This document shows positions 51,595 through 61,783 of a DNA stretch of 64,000 nt, piece by piece (within the stretch, counting starts at the first letter, position 1; every line of letters starts with the position of its first letter). A program made the translations under genes and the position numbers. The stretch lies in assembly GCA_038116985.1 (NCBI GenBank), contig JAYOEZ010000006.1, positions 7,903 to 71,902 of the forward strand. Direction: 5' to 3'. The notes beneath the pieces are model-generated. The model saw only the letters and a program-made list of their open reading frames with translations, ran no database searches and was not told the origin of the DNA. The stretch is from Alphaproteobacteria bacterium (GTDB lineage Bacteria; Pseudomonadota; Alphaproteobacteria; SHVP01).

Positions 51595-53528
51595 AGCCGG
51601 TCCACCAACCGCATCGCGTCGTCGGTCGCCGCCCAGAAGGTGCGCGGCGCCAGACAATCGCCAATCGCCAGCGTCGCTTCCGGGAAGTCCCGCGGCACCG
51701 TTCCGGTGGACAACACAATATCGTCGAACGGTCCAAGGCTTCCCCCGGAAGCAAGTTCGGCTTGCCCGTTGCGCAGCCGCGTGACGGTCGCACCGGGCAC
51801 AACGACAATTCCGGCTGCGGCCATGCGCGCCATCACCTCCGCCGCCTCGACGGTGAAGGCCAGTTCGGGTAGGGCGGGGTGCTGTCCGGGCGTCGCGACC
51901 GTCACCGTGTCGACGCCATCACCTTGCGCCAGTGTTTCGGCCAGCGAGATCGTCGGCCAACCGCCCTCCTCGTCAATGACCAGAATCTTGCCGCGCACCT
52001 GGGCCTGACCGAGCAGGACCGCGCGACCGTGGACGCAGGATTCGGTGCCAGGAATACCGTCAAGCAGATGCGGCCGCCGACGCCATACGGCGCTTTGCGC
52101 GGGCGCGCCACCGGTAGCCCAGATCACGGTGTCGGCTGACGGCGGTTCCGCCGGGTCGATCTCGCGGCCGCATTCCACCGTCACGCCGAGATCGGCGAGC
52201 GCGCGTTCCCACCAGTCGATCCCTGCGAGCAACGGACCACGATGCGGCGCTTCGCCAGCAAGCCGCAGATCGCCGCCGAGGCGCGCCCGAGATTCGTAGA
52301 GCCGGACCGTGTGGCCCCGCGCTGCAGCGCGGCGCGCCGCTTCGAGCCCAGCCGGCCCGCCGCCGACGACAGCAACCGTCCCTCGCTGGGCGGTTCGCTT
52401 GGGGCGGGCGAATTCGCGCCCGGCGCGCGGATTCACGACGCACGTCGCGGGGCCGATGCTGCGCTGGGCGAACGTGCAGGCCTGGTTGCACGAGATGCAC
52501 GGCCTGATCGCAGCCTCCCGATTCTGTTCGATCTTCGCCAGCCAATCGGCATCAGCGATCCAGGTGCGCGCCATCGCGACGATGTCGGCGTCGCCCGACG
52601 CCAGGACGTCTTCGACCTCGCCCGGCGTGCGCATGCTGCCGGCGACCATCACCGGCACACCCAGCGTTTTCCGGAACCGCGATGCCGCCTGGCGCAAGTG
52701 CGCCGGGGCCGCAGTCATCGTCGGCATCAGGTCGGCGAGCGCAAAGTGCGATCCGGTAATCAGACTGACGTAGTCGACCAGTCCCTTGTCGACAAGAACC
52801 TTCATGGCGGCGAGCGAATCGGCCTCGCCATAACCTTCGGCGTAGGCCGGGACGTTGTGCGCCAGCGAGGTGCGCACCGCGACCACCATGTCGCCACCGG
52901 CCGCCTCGCGCACCGCAGTCACGACACGCAGGATGAGCCGCATGCGGTTCTCCAGCGACCCGCCATATTCGTCGGTGCGCCGGTTGAAGACGGGATTGAG
53001 AAAGGATCCCAGTAGATAGTCGGACGAGGTCTGAACCTCCACCGCATCCAGGCCCGCCGCGCGGCACCGCGCCGCCGCCTGGGAATAGGCCTCGACGAGT
53101 TCATCGATGTCCGCATGTGACATCGCCTTGGGCAACTCCGCGAATTGAGCTGAGGGCACCGGCGACGGCGCCCACACCGGGCCGGCGCCGAGATGGGTCA
53201 TGTTGTGCCCGGCGTGCCACAGGATCACCGAGAGGCAGGATCCCTGGTCGTGCACGGCGGCGGACAGCGCTCGCAGGCCTGGAACGACGGCATCGTCGAA
53301 CAGGTGCGGCCTAACGCCCTTGATCGAGGACGGATGCACGGGCGATGATTCCAGCCCCACCATCGCTGCTCCGCCCCTGGCCCGTTCGACCATGTAGGCA
53401 TGTAGGCGGTCCCCCACCCCGCCCCGGCCGTCGCCCAGCCCCATGTGGTGGCCGCTCATGACGACCCGGTTTCTGAGGGTGATCGACCCTATGTCCAGCG
53501 GCCGGAAGATATGCGGATAGTCGGTCAT
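51591..53528 (-). CDS. OYE-family Fe-S flavoprotein oxidoreductase (dimethylglycine demethylase DgcA / trimethylamine dehydrogenase / 2,4-dienoyl-CoA reductase type)
   Basis: Seen: N-terminal FMN/TIM-barrel region, 4Fe-4S motif CISCNQAC...C, and a C-terminal FAD/NAD Rossmann (VAVVGGGPAGLEAARRAAARGHTV). 645 aa from ATG 53528. Confidence 0.85.
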   Translation of the reverse strand: MTDYPHIFRPLDIGSITLRNRVVMSGHHMGLGDGRGGVGDRLHAYMVERARGGAAMVGLESSPVHPSSIKGVRPHLFDDAVVPGLRALSAAVHDQGSCLSVILWHAGHNMTHLGAGPVWAPSPVPSAQFAELPKAMSHADIDELVEAYSQAAARCRAAGLDAVEVQTSSDYLLGSFLNPVFNRRTDEYGGSLENRMRLILRVVTAVREAAGGDMVVAVRTSLAHNVPAYAEGYGEADSLAAMKVLVDKGLVDYVSLITGSHFALADLMPTMTAAPAHLRQAASRFRKTLGVPVMVAGSMRTPGEVEDVLASGDADIVAMARTWIADADWLAKIEQNREAAIRPCISCNQACTFAQRSIGPATCVVNPRAGREFARPKRTAQRGTVAVVGGGPAGLEAARRAAARGHTVRLYESRARLGGDLRLAGEAPHRGPLLAGIDWWERALADLGVTVECGREIDPAEPPSADTVIWATGGAPAQSAVWRRRPHLLDGIPGTESCVHGRAVLLGQAQVRGKILVIDEEGGWPTISLAETLAQGDGVDTVTVATPGQHPALPELAFTVEAAEVMARMAAAGIVVVPGATVTRLRNGQAELASGGSLGPFDDIVLSTGTVPRDFPEATLAIGDCLAPRTFWAATDDAMRLVDRL

Positions 53529-53596
53529 AGCGCCCCGTGGCAGGTGGTTCGGCGAATGGTATGGTTCGGGAAAGCGCAAAGGAAGGGGAGGACGCC

Positions 53597-55192
53597 ATGG
53601 CACAGGCAGAAGCAGGAGACAACGTCGAGACCATCGTCGGAGAACTCCGCGACCTGCTGGGCGCGGAACACGTGATCACAGACCAGGCTGAGCGGGAGTT
53701 CTTCTCGACCGACATCTTCTACAAGGCCGACGACGTCGCCGAATTCGTCGTTGCGCCCGGAACGAAGGAGGAATGCGCCAAGGCTGTTGGAATCGCCACC
53801 GGGGCCGGGTTCACGGTCGTGCCACGCGGCGGCGGGATGTCCTATACGGCCGGCTACCGACCGGTACGTGCCGACTCAGTCATCGTCGACACGCGGCGCC
53901 TCGACAAGATCGTCGAGATCAACGAGCAGGACATGTATGTCACCGTCGAATGCGGCGTGACCTGGAAGGCGCTTTACGAGGCGCTCAAGGAAAAGGGCCT
54001 GCGGACACCCTATTTCGGCCCGTTCTCCGGCATCCGCGCCACGATTGGCGGCGCACTGTCTCAGAACAGCATCTTCTTCGGCTCGTCGATCCACGGGACT
54101 GCGGCCGACGCGGTGCTGTCGCTTGAGGTGGCGCTGGCCGACGGCACCGTGGTGCGCACAGGGTCGGCTGCCGCAAAGCACAACGCCTCGCCCTTCATGC
54201 GCAGCTACGGGCCTGATCTGACCGGTCTGTTCCTGGGCGACACCGGCGCACTGGGATTCAAGATGCAGGCGACGTTGCGGCTGATTCCGTTTCCCGCCGA
54301 ACAACGCTTTGCATCGTTTTCCTTCGGCAGCGACGCCGAGATGTTCGCCGCCATGGCGCAGATTTCGCGCGAACGCCTCGCCGAGGAGTGCTACGGCTTC
54401 GACCCGTTCCTGCTCGGCCTGCGAATGAAGTTCGAAGGCCTGGGCCAGGACATGAAGGCACTCGCCTCGGTCGCGAAGTCGGGCAAGTCGCTGCTTGGCG
54501 GCCTGAAGGAAGCCGCCAAAGTGGCCGTCGCTGGTCGGCGCTTCATGGAAGGCGTCGCCTATGGCATGCACCTGACGATCGAGGGCCGCGACGACGACGA
54601 TGCCGAGAGCGCCCTGCGGCGTGTGCGGGCCATCGCGGCGGAGAACGGCGGCACGGAGATCGAGAACAGCCTGCCCAAACTGGTACGCGCCAATCCCTTC
54701 CTGCCCACCAACCGCCTGCTCGGCCCCGAAGGCGAGCGCTGGGTGCCGATTCACGTCATCGTGCCGCATTCGCGCGTCGCGGGCCTGCTCAAGGCCTTGG
54801 ACACGTACTTCAACGAGAATGCCAAGGCGGTAGAGGAGAATGGTATCCAGTGGGGCTACCTGACCTCGACGATCGGCACGACGGCGACGCTGATCGAGCC
54901 GACCTTCTTCTGGCCCGATTCGCACTACGACATCCACCGCCGCTACATCGAGAAGGCGCACTACGCCAAGCTGAAGCAGTTTCCCGAGAACCTGAAGGCG
55001 CGCAACGCCATGGCGAAGATTCGAGGCGATCTCGCCGATCTGTTCGCAGAACACGGCGGCACGCACCTGCAGATCGGCAAGATGTACCGTTTCCGTGAAA
55101 GCCGCGAAGCGGAGACGTGGAAGTTGATCGAGGGGATCAAGAAACTGGTTGATCCCGACGGCGTCGTGAACCCCGGCTCACTCGGCCTCTAG
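53597..55192 (+). CDS. FAD-linked oxidase (PCMH-type FAD-binding domain, GlcD/D-lactate dehydrogenase-like)
   Basis: Seen: FTVVPRGGGMSYTAGY FAD-binding signature. RBS GGAAGGGGAGGA. Divergent from the flavoprotein gene with a 68-bp spacer. Confidence 0.85.
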   Translation: MAQAEAGDNVETIVGELRDLLGAEHVITDQAEREFFSTDIFYKADDVAEFVVAPGTKEECAKAVGIATGAGFTVVPRGGGMSYTAGYRPVRADSVIVDTRRLDKIVEINEQDMYVTVECGVTWKALYEALKEKGLRTPYFGPFSGIRATIGGALSQNSIFFGSSIHGTAADAVLSLEVALADGTVVRTGSAAAKHNASPFMRSYGPDLTGLFLGDTGALGFKMQATLRLIPFPAEQRFASFSFGSDAEMFAAMAQISRERLAEECYGFDPFLLGLRMKFEGLGQDMKALASVAKSGKSLLGGLKEAAKVAVAGRRFMEGVAYGMHLTIEGRDDDDAESALRRVRAIAAENGGTEIENSLPKLVRANPFLPTNRLLGPEGERWVPIHVIVPHSRVAGLLKALDTYFNENAKAVEENGIQWGYLTSTIGTTATLIEPTFFWPDSHYDIHRRYIEKAHYAKLKQFPENLKARNAMAKIRGDLADLFAEHGGTHLQIGKMYRFRESREAETWKLIEGIKKLVDPDGVVNPGSLGL

Positions 55193-55265
55193 GCGTCCGG
55201 CGGCGCCGGCCGCGGTCGGACTATCGGCGGGAGATCGCGCCATTTCACCGGTCCTGCGTGCTGCG

Positions 55266-56153
55266 TTGTGGATGATGGGGACACTCGTTTCCTTCTCCAT
55301 GGTCGGCATCGCGACGCGTCATCTGACGGATGCGGGCCTGCCGGTCCTGCAGGTCTTGCTGCTGCGCGCGTCGATCGGCCTGATCGTCTTGTCGCCGATC
55401 GTGTTGCTGCGCGGCTGGTCGACGGTGGCAACAGCGCAGTGGCGGCTACACGGCGTGCGCAACGTGCTGCACTACGGCGCCAGCTACGCTTGGTACTACG
55501 GGATCGCCGTCTTGCCGCTGGCCAACGTGTTCGCCATCGAGTTCACCGCGCCCATATGGGTCGCGCTCCTTGCCGTGCTGATCCTCGGGGAGAAGCTGGA
55601 TGTGGGCCGTGGCGTTTCAATCGGCCTCGGCGTGCTGGGCATGATGATCATCGTGCGGCCCGGCTTCGCCGCATTTTCGCTGGATTCGCTAGTCGTGCTG
55701 GGAAGCGCCCTGGGATTTGCCTGCGCGCACATCGCGACGAAGGGCCTGACGCGGACCAATACGGCGCTCAAGGTGCTGTTCTGGATGGCCGCGATGCAGT
55801 TTCCCATTGCGCTCGGCCCGGCATTGGCGGTGTGGACACCGATCGAGGGGTTCTCGTGGCTATGGGCGGCGGTGATGGGCGTCAGTGCGCTGAGTGCCCA
55901 TTTCTGCCTGACCAACGCGCTCAGTCTGGCCGACGCCAGCGTCGTCGTGCCCATGGACTTCCTGCGCATCCCGTTGATCGCGCTGGTCAGCCTGGTGGTG
56001 TTCGCCGAACCGATCGACATCTGGGTGCTGGTCGGCGCGGCGGTGATCTTTTCGGGCGTCTACTACAGCATCCGCCGCGAACACCGGCGCAGCGCCGCCG
56101 TGTCGGTGGCGACACCGCCTCTCGAGATCGTCGGGAGCGACAAGGAACCCTAG
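55266..56153 (+). CDS. EamA/DMT-family transporter (10 TM)
   Basis: Seen: two EamA half-domains. Paralogous to the gene at 61784. Confidence 0.8.
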   Translation: MWMMGTLVSFSMVGIATRHLTDAGLPVLQVLLLRASIGLIVLSPIVLLRGWSTVATAQWRLHGVRNVLHYGASYAWYYGIAVLPLANVFAIEFTAPIWVALLAVLILGEKLDVGRGVSIGLGVLGMMIIVRPGFAAFSLDSLVVLGSALGFACAHIATKGLTRTNTALKVLFWMAAMQFPIALGPALAVWTPIEGFSWLWAAVMGVSALSAHFCLTNALSLADASVVVPMDFLRIPLIALVSLVVFAEPIDIWVLVGAAVIFSGVYYSIRREHRRSAAVSVATPPLEIVGSDKEP

Positions 56154-58115
56154 CTAGAGCGTGCGCGCGAGGCGGGCCGCGTCGTGGGTCGCCGCCCAGA
56201 TGCCGCGCGGCGACAGACAGTCGCCGATGCCGTGCCCGCCGTCGGGGAAGTCCCGCGATACGGCGCCGGTGGCAAGTACGATCGAATCGAACGGACCCAG
56301 CAAGCGCCCGTCGCGCGTCTTGACCGAGCCGCCACTGATCTCCTCAACGACCGCGTTCGGTACTGTTTCGATGCCGGCGGCACGGATGCGCGCTGCAATG
56401 TCGGGCAACTCGCGGGTGAAGGTCAGTTCCGCCTCCCCCCAGACAGCCTCTGTCGTGGCGACCGTGACCTTGCTGACGCCATCTCGACCGACCAGCGTTT
56501 CGGCAAGAGAAATCGCGCTCCACCCGCCTTCCTCGTCGACAATCAGGACGTGGCCGGCAACCTGCTTCTCGCCGGTCAGCACCTCGCGGCCATGGGGCAG
56601 ACCCTCGCCGCCGGGGATGCCGTCCTGCAGCCACGGGCGCAGACGCCAGATGGCGGTGGGGCCGGGGTCTGATCCGAGCGCCCACACGACCTCGTCGGCG
56701 TCGAGTTCATCGGCCGAGGCGACCTTGGTCCCCAGCTTGATCTCGACCTGACGCTGGCGCAGTTCGGTTTCCCACCAGGTCAGGGCATCCTTCATCTCGT
56801 CACGGTGGGGCGCATCGGCGGCAAGCCGCATCAGCCCGCCGAGACGATCTTGCGCCTCATAAAGGGTGACCCGGTGGCCGCGGGCAGCCGCGACGCGAGC
56901 CGCCTCCATGCCCGCCGGGCCGCCGCCGACGACAGCAATCTTCTTCGGCTTTGCAGCCGGCTCCGGGTTGAGCGCGATCTCACCTTCACGGCCCGCGGTC
57001 GGGTTAAGAACGCACGTGCCTGGAATGTGACGAAACACGAAGCTGACGCAGCCCTGGTTGCAGGACATGCAAGGACGAATGCGATCCTCATGGCCATCGA
57101 TGATCTTGTTCGCCCATTCCGGGTCGGCGATCCACGTGCGCGCCATGGCGACAATGTCGGCGCTACCCTCGGCAATAATGCGCTCGGCATCAGCAGGCGA
57201 GCGGATACGGCCCGCGACGATGACCGGCACCTTGACCGCGGCCTTGAACGCCTTCGATTCCTCGGAGAGCTGGTTCCGCTTCATGTGCATCGGCGGCATG
57301 GTCTCGTGCGGCGCCCAGCGCGAGCCCGAGATGACGCTGACCCAATCGACGAGACCGGCCTCGGCGACGCGCTTCATGGTCTCGACCGATTCTTCCAGCT
57401 TGTAGTCGATCGGCGCGAAGGGAATGTGGTGGGAGGTCGAGGTGCGCACGCCAACGGCCATGTCTGGGCCGGCCGCCTCACGCACCGCCTCGCACACTTC
57501 GAGTACGATGCGGATGCGGTTCTCGTAGGAGCCGCCATAGGCGTCCTTGCGGTGATTCATGGCGGGCGACAGGAACGAGCCCAGGAGATAGCTGGTCGCC
57601 GTCTGCACCTCTACTGCATCGAGCCCGGCCTCGCGGCAGCGGCGGGTCGCCTCTGCGTAGCCCCTGATCAGTTCGCGGATTTCCGCGGCGGTGATGGCGC
57701 GGGGGGTCTCACGCCCGATGTTGGGAATCGGCGAGGACGAAACCGCCGAACGACCTTCGATAAAGGAGACGTTGTGCCCGCCGTGCCACAGGGTGATGGA
57801 CACCTTGGAGTCCGCGGCGTGCACCGCGTCGGCCAGTTTGCGCAGGCTGGGCACGACCTCGTCGGTGTAGAGCCGCACGTTGAGGAAGCGGTTGCCAGAA
57901 GAGGCATGGACCGGCGCCGACTCTGTCCCGAGCATCGACGCCCCGCCCTGGGCGCGGGTCACGACATAGTTGTGCAGTCTGTCCGTAACGCCGCCCGACG
58001 CGTCGTTCAGCGACATGCCGTGCGCGCTCATGGTCGCGCGGTGCTTTAGCGTCATCGGGCCGACCTGGATCGGCGACAACAGATTGGGGTAGCGGGTCTT
58101 GGGATCGTTGCTCAT
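56154..58115 (-). CDS. second OYE-family Fe-S flavoprotein oxidoreductase (paralog of 51591-53528)
   Basis: Seen: CMSCNQGC...C cluster motif and VAVVGGGPAGMEAARVAAARGHRV. Its stop abuts the EamA stop (TAG-CTA). Confidence 0.85.
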   Translation of the reverse strand: MSNDPKTRYPNLLSPIQVGPMTLKHRATMSAHGMSLNDASGGVTDRLHNYVVTRAQGGASMLGTESAPVHASSGNRFLNVRLYTDEVVPSLRKLADAVHAADSKVSITLWHGGHNVSFIEGRSAVSSSPIPNIGRETPRAITAAEIRELIRGYAEATRRCREAGLDAVEVQTATSYLLGSFLSPAMNHRKDAYGGSYENRIRIVLEVCEAVREAAGPDMAVGVRTSTSHHIPFAPIDYKLEESVETMKRVAEAGLVDWVSVISGSRWAPHETMPPMHMKRNQLSEESKAFKAAVKVPVIVAGRIRSPADAERIIAEGSADIVAMARTWIADPEWANKIIDGHEDRIRPCMSCNQGCVSFVFRHIPGTCVLNPTAGREGEIALNPEPAAKPKKIAVVGGGPAGMEAARVAAARGHRVTLYEAQDRLGGLMRLAADAPHRDEMKDALTWWETELRQRQVEIKLGTKVASADELDADEVVWALGSDPGPTAIWRLRPWLQDGIPGGEGLPHGREVLTGEKQVAGHVLIVDEEGGWSAISLAETLVGRDGVSKVTVATTEAVWGEAELTFTRELPDIAARIRAAGIETVPNAVVEEISGGSVKTRDGRLLGPFDSIVLATGAVSRDFPDGGHGIGDCLSPRGIWAATHDAARLARTL

Positions 58116-58201
58116 GGGGCCCTCCTCCGGGAGGCCCCCATGATGGCAGGCCGACCGGTCCAGCCCAAGTGGCTGGCCGGTCGATTAAGCCATGCGGACG
58201 A

Positions 58202-60508
58202 TCAGGTGTGGTCGGGCAACGCTGCCGGATCGGGACGACCAGTCAGGAGTTTCTGGCCCTCGTCGAGCTTGAAGAAGCCGACAAGACGAACGAGCTCGGT
58301 TGCCTGCGACCCCAGCGCCTGGACCGCGGCCGTCGTCTGCTCGACCAGCGCAGCGTTCTGCTGGGTCATGCTGTCCATCTGCGAGATGGCCGAGTTGACT
58401 TCGCCGAGGCCGCCGGACTGCTCCTCGCTGGCGCGCGCCACCTCGTCGATGATCGAGGCAACCTTCTGCACCGCACTGATGATCTGGCCGAGCGCTTCAC
58501 CCGCGCCGTTGACCGGATTGACGCCGTTCCCGACATGCGCGGAACTGGTCTCGATGAGCTGCTTGATCTCGGTTGCAGCCTCGCCGGAGCGCTGTGCGAG
58601 CGAGCGCACCTCCGAAGCGACCACGGCAAAACCCTTGCCGGCATCGCCGGCGCGGGCAGCTTCGACCGAAGCGTTCAACGCCAGAAGATTGGTCTGGAAG
58701 GCGATGTCCTCGATCACGTTGACGATCTAGGAGATCGACTTGGAGGACTCCTCGATCTCCGCCATCGCGGCGACCGCGTCGGTGACGATCTTGCCACCGC
58801 TGTCCGCTTCCTTGCGCGTCTCCGCAACGAGCTTGTTGGCCTCCTGCGCGTTGTCGGCATTGCGGCGCACGGTGCCCGTCATCTCTTCCATCGCGGCCGC
58901 GGTTTCTTCCAGGTTGGCCGCCTGCTGCTCGGTGCGCTGCGCCAAGTCGTCGGCGCCCTGCCCCAACTCGTGGGATGCGTTGTTGACGTTGTCCGTCGTG
59001 CTGCGAATGTCCTTAACGAGATCTGCTAGCGTGCCGGCCATGCCGTTGAGGTCGTTCTTGAGCTGCAGGAACGCGCCCTGATAGTTGCCGGTGACGCGGC
59101 TCCCGAGATCGCCCTTGGACAATGCTTCCGCGACGCCCATGACCTCGCTGAGGCCCTGGTCGACGGTCTCGACGAGCTGGTTGAGCGACTCGGACAGGCT
59201 CAGCATGAAGCCCTCTTTGCCAACGGTCTCGACGCGCGCCGAGAAATCGCCGACGGCTGCAGCGCCGACCACAGCGTCGATTTCCTCGCCCGCCTTCTGC
59301 TCCATGTCGCGCCGGTTCTCGATCTGAACGGCGTTCTCCTTGAAGACCTCAAAGGCTTCGGCCATGTCGCCGATCTCGTCGCTGCGGCCCTTGCCAACGA
59401 CAGCGACATCAAGCCGGCCCTCGGCCAGATCGCGCATCGCCGTGGCGAACTGGCGCAGGGCGCCGGAAACGCTGCGACCAATGGCCGTGGTGGCCACAAT
59501 AGAGACAACCAGCATGATCGCGCCGACGATAGCAGCTGCCCAGATCATGAACTCCAGCAGCGCCTGTGTCCCGTCGGTGGCCTCATGGCTTCGTTCACGA
59601 AAACTCTCAAGTTTCTCGTGGAGAATTTCCTGCGCCTCGCTGGCAGCACCGTCAATGAGATCATCGAGGCGCGCAAAAGCCCGCTCACCCTCGCCAAACT
59701 GGATCACAGCGGACGCAAGATCGCTACGGATCACGCCACCCCAGGTATCAAACAGCGCGATCAGTTCGTCGGTTACCGCGCTGACGTTTTGCGAGCGCTC
59801 TATCGCGGCAATTTCCGTCAGAACTTCGGTGGCAGCAGCAATCTGCTCGTCGACGATCGCGATACGCTCGGGTTCAACGACACCGTCACTCCTGTCGATG
59901 ATGATATCCATCGCAGCGAGATTCGCTTCGGCTGTTGCCTGGGCCAGGGTCTGGATCATGGAGCGGAGGTCGGCAATGCGTGTCGCCGCGCCGCGGCGAT
60001 CGAGCAATGCTTCCAGTTCACCGATCTTCTCGCCGATGGCCCCACCGGTTCCGTCGATGTCATCATCCAGTTCCGCGAAGCGCGTTTCGATTGCGCCGAC
60101 CCCCACGACGGCGTCGTTGAGATCGACCAGGATCACCTTGACGAGTTCAGCGGCGGCCTCGCGCACTCGCGCCAATGCATCACGGTCGTCCGGCTCCTGG
60201 ATGCGCCCCAGCAACTCCTCTACCTGGCGCTCCATCAAGGCACCAGCCTCGCGGACGGCGGTCAGACGCTCCTCTGAAATCTCGCCATCGGCACGATCGA
60301 CGATCGCATCCATCGCAATGAGATTGACTTCTGCAATCTCAAGCTCAAGCGCCTCGACGAGCGCCATGTCGTCGGCCCGCCGTTCGCTGATGGTAAGCTG
60401 TCCATCGACCTGAAGGCCGACGACGATGAACATCACCGTCAGAATGACAATTGTGACCGCACTCAGCGCGGTCAGCGCATTGAGTTTGCGCGCGATAGTC
60501 TACTTCAT
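58202..60508 (-). pseudogene. methyl-accepting chemotaxis protein interrupted by two in-frame amber codons (codon 3 at 60500-60502 and at 58718-58720)
   Basis: Seen: the minus strand reads ATG AAG TAG ACT..., giving MK*TIARKLNALTALSAVTIVILTV (a typical MCP signal-anchor). HAMP region follows, then ...[57 protein letters not shown], the MCP signalling hairpin, all in one frame. Confidence 0.8.
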
Positions 60509-60529
60509 GAGATGCCCCCTTCGTCGCGC

Positions 60530-61603
60530 CTAAAAAGCGCCGAAGCTGAATTCGTGGGTCAGCAGCAGGCCGACGGTGTGGCTGTCGACGTCTGCGTCCT
60601 CGACATACCGATAGCCGAGGCTGAGATTGAAGCCGCGATAGATATCGCGTCCGACGCTGAACTGGAACAGTTCATCGTCGGTATTTGCCTGGCCGCCCGC
60701 TTCCGGGTCGATCGAACGGGTCGAATATGACCCTTCAAAGGCCCATGGGCCGTTGATGAGACCGAGCCCGAGGGTCGCGTAGGTACGGTCTTCCTCGGCA
60801 GCCTTGGCGTTCTGGAAGAATGCGATTTCGACCACGTGGGTGAGCGTCCAGTCTTGTCATACCGGAACGTCGCCGAAGATCGCGACCGCAACGGCGTTCT
60901 CGTCCTCGGGATTGCCCTGGCCGGCGGCCAGGTGATCGTAGCTGATCTGGTAGTTGACGCCGGCGAGCGGGCCCGGCGCTTCGCCGGTAAGGATGGTGCT
61001 GAAGGACGACAGGTCGCCGGTGTTGCTGGCGCCACCGTCGCCCTCGCGGGTCTGCGCGCGGCGCTGGAACCACGAGCGGCTGAGGCCCGAGTGATCCTGG
61101 TAGAAGGTGTTGACGGAGAACGTCTGCGCGGTGCCGCCGGGGCCGGTGAAGTCGAACGAGGCACCGAGGCCGATGCGCTCGGTCAGTTCGTAGTCCTCGG
61201 CGAAATCGGAGCCATAGATACCCGGCGTCAGGTCCCAGGCGACGCCGAACGGCGGCGCGTACTTGCCCGCGGTGAGGGTCGCCGGGCCGCGCGCGTAGCT
61301 CAGGTACAGATCCTTCACGTAGAGGCCCTGGTCGCTGAAGAAGCGGTCGTTGGTGGGGTCGTTGATGGGTTCGTAGGTCAGACCCGCTTCAAGCGACAGC
61401 CCGTGGCCGAGACGCAACGATATTGCCGGTTCGATGGTCGTGTAGGTATCGGCGAGTTCCGCATCTCGATCTGCGGAGTCGTAGACGCCATCGAACTGAA
61501 TCTCGATCGGTACCGTGACTTCAAGACGATGGTCTTCCTGGGCCGAGGCGATGGTGGGCACGAGAATCGTGATGGCCGCCAGACCAGCAAACAAACTACG
61601 CAT
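60530..61603 (-). pseudogene. outer-membrane beta-barrel protein interrupted by an in-frame TGA (60857-60859)
   Basis: Seen: signal peptide MRSLFAGLAAITILVPTIASAQE. The downstream same-frame ORF ends ...THEFSFGAF (OMP C-terminal aromatic signature). The two are separated only by ...GDVPV*QDWTLTHVVEIAFF. Confidence 0.6.
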
Positions 61604-61783
61604 GAATCAGTGTCCTTATTGTCGTTCAACCCTGAGGTGCCGGCTGCGCCGACCCTCTCCCCAATGGTGTTTTGCCCCGGATTCGCCTAGGAAAGAAAGG
61701 CGTAGCGTCCCCTACCGAGTAGGGGGAATCCCCTACCGGGCACATTCCAAGCGGAAATCGGCGATGAGACGGACCCTTCCCCA

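Noticed and set aside
53876-55066. 396-aa minus-strand ORF antisense to the FAD-linked oxidase
   Set aside because: The FAD-binding signature is on the plus strand. Antisense noise.
56805-60413. Long plus-strand ORFs (56805-58049, 58169-59029, 59340-60413) antisense to the second flavoprotein and the MCP
   Set aside because: Ser/Arg/Ala-rich translations with no domains. The sense genes are strongly supported.
58718-60502. Amber suppression or pyrrolysine decoding of the two MCP TAG codons
   Set aside because: No pylT, pylS or pylBCD and no suppressor tRNA in the window. TAG terminates pyrC, topA, rpmG and others here normally. A nonsense pseudogene or assembly error is more parsimonious.
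60857-60859. In-frame TGA in the OMP as a selenocysteine codon
   Set aside because: No SECIS-like stem-loop is evident in the 40 nt downstream. The residue context is not Cys-like. No sel genes in the window. Kept only as a remote alternative.
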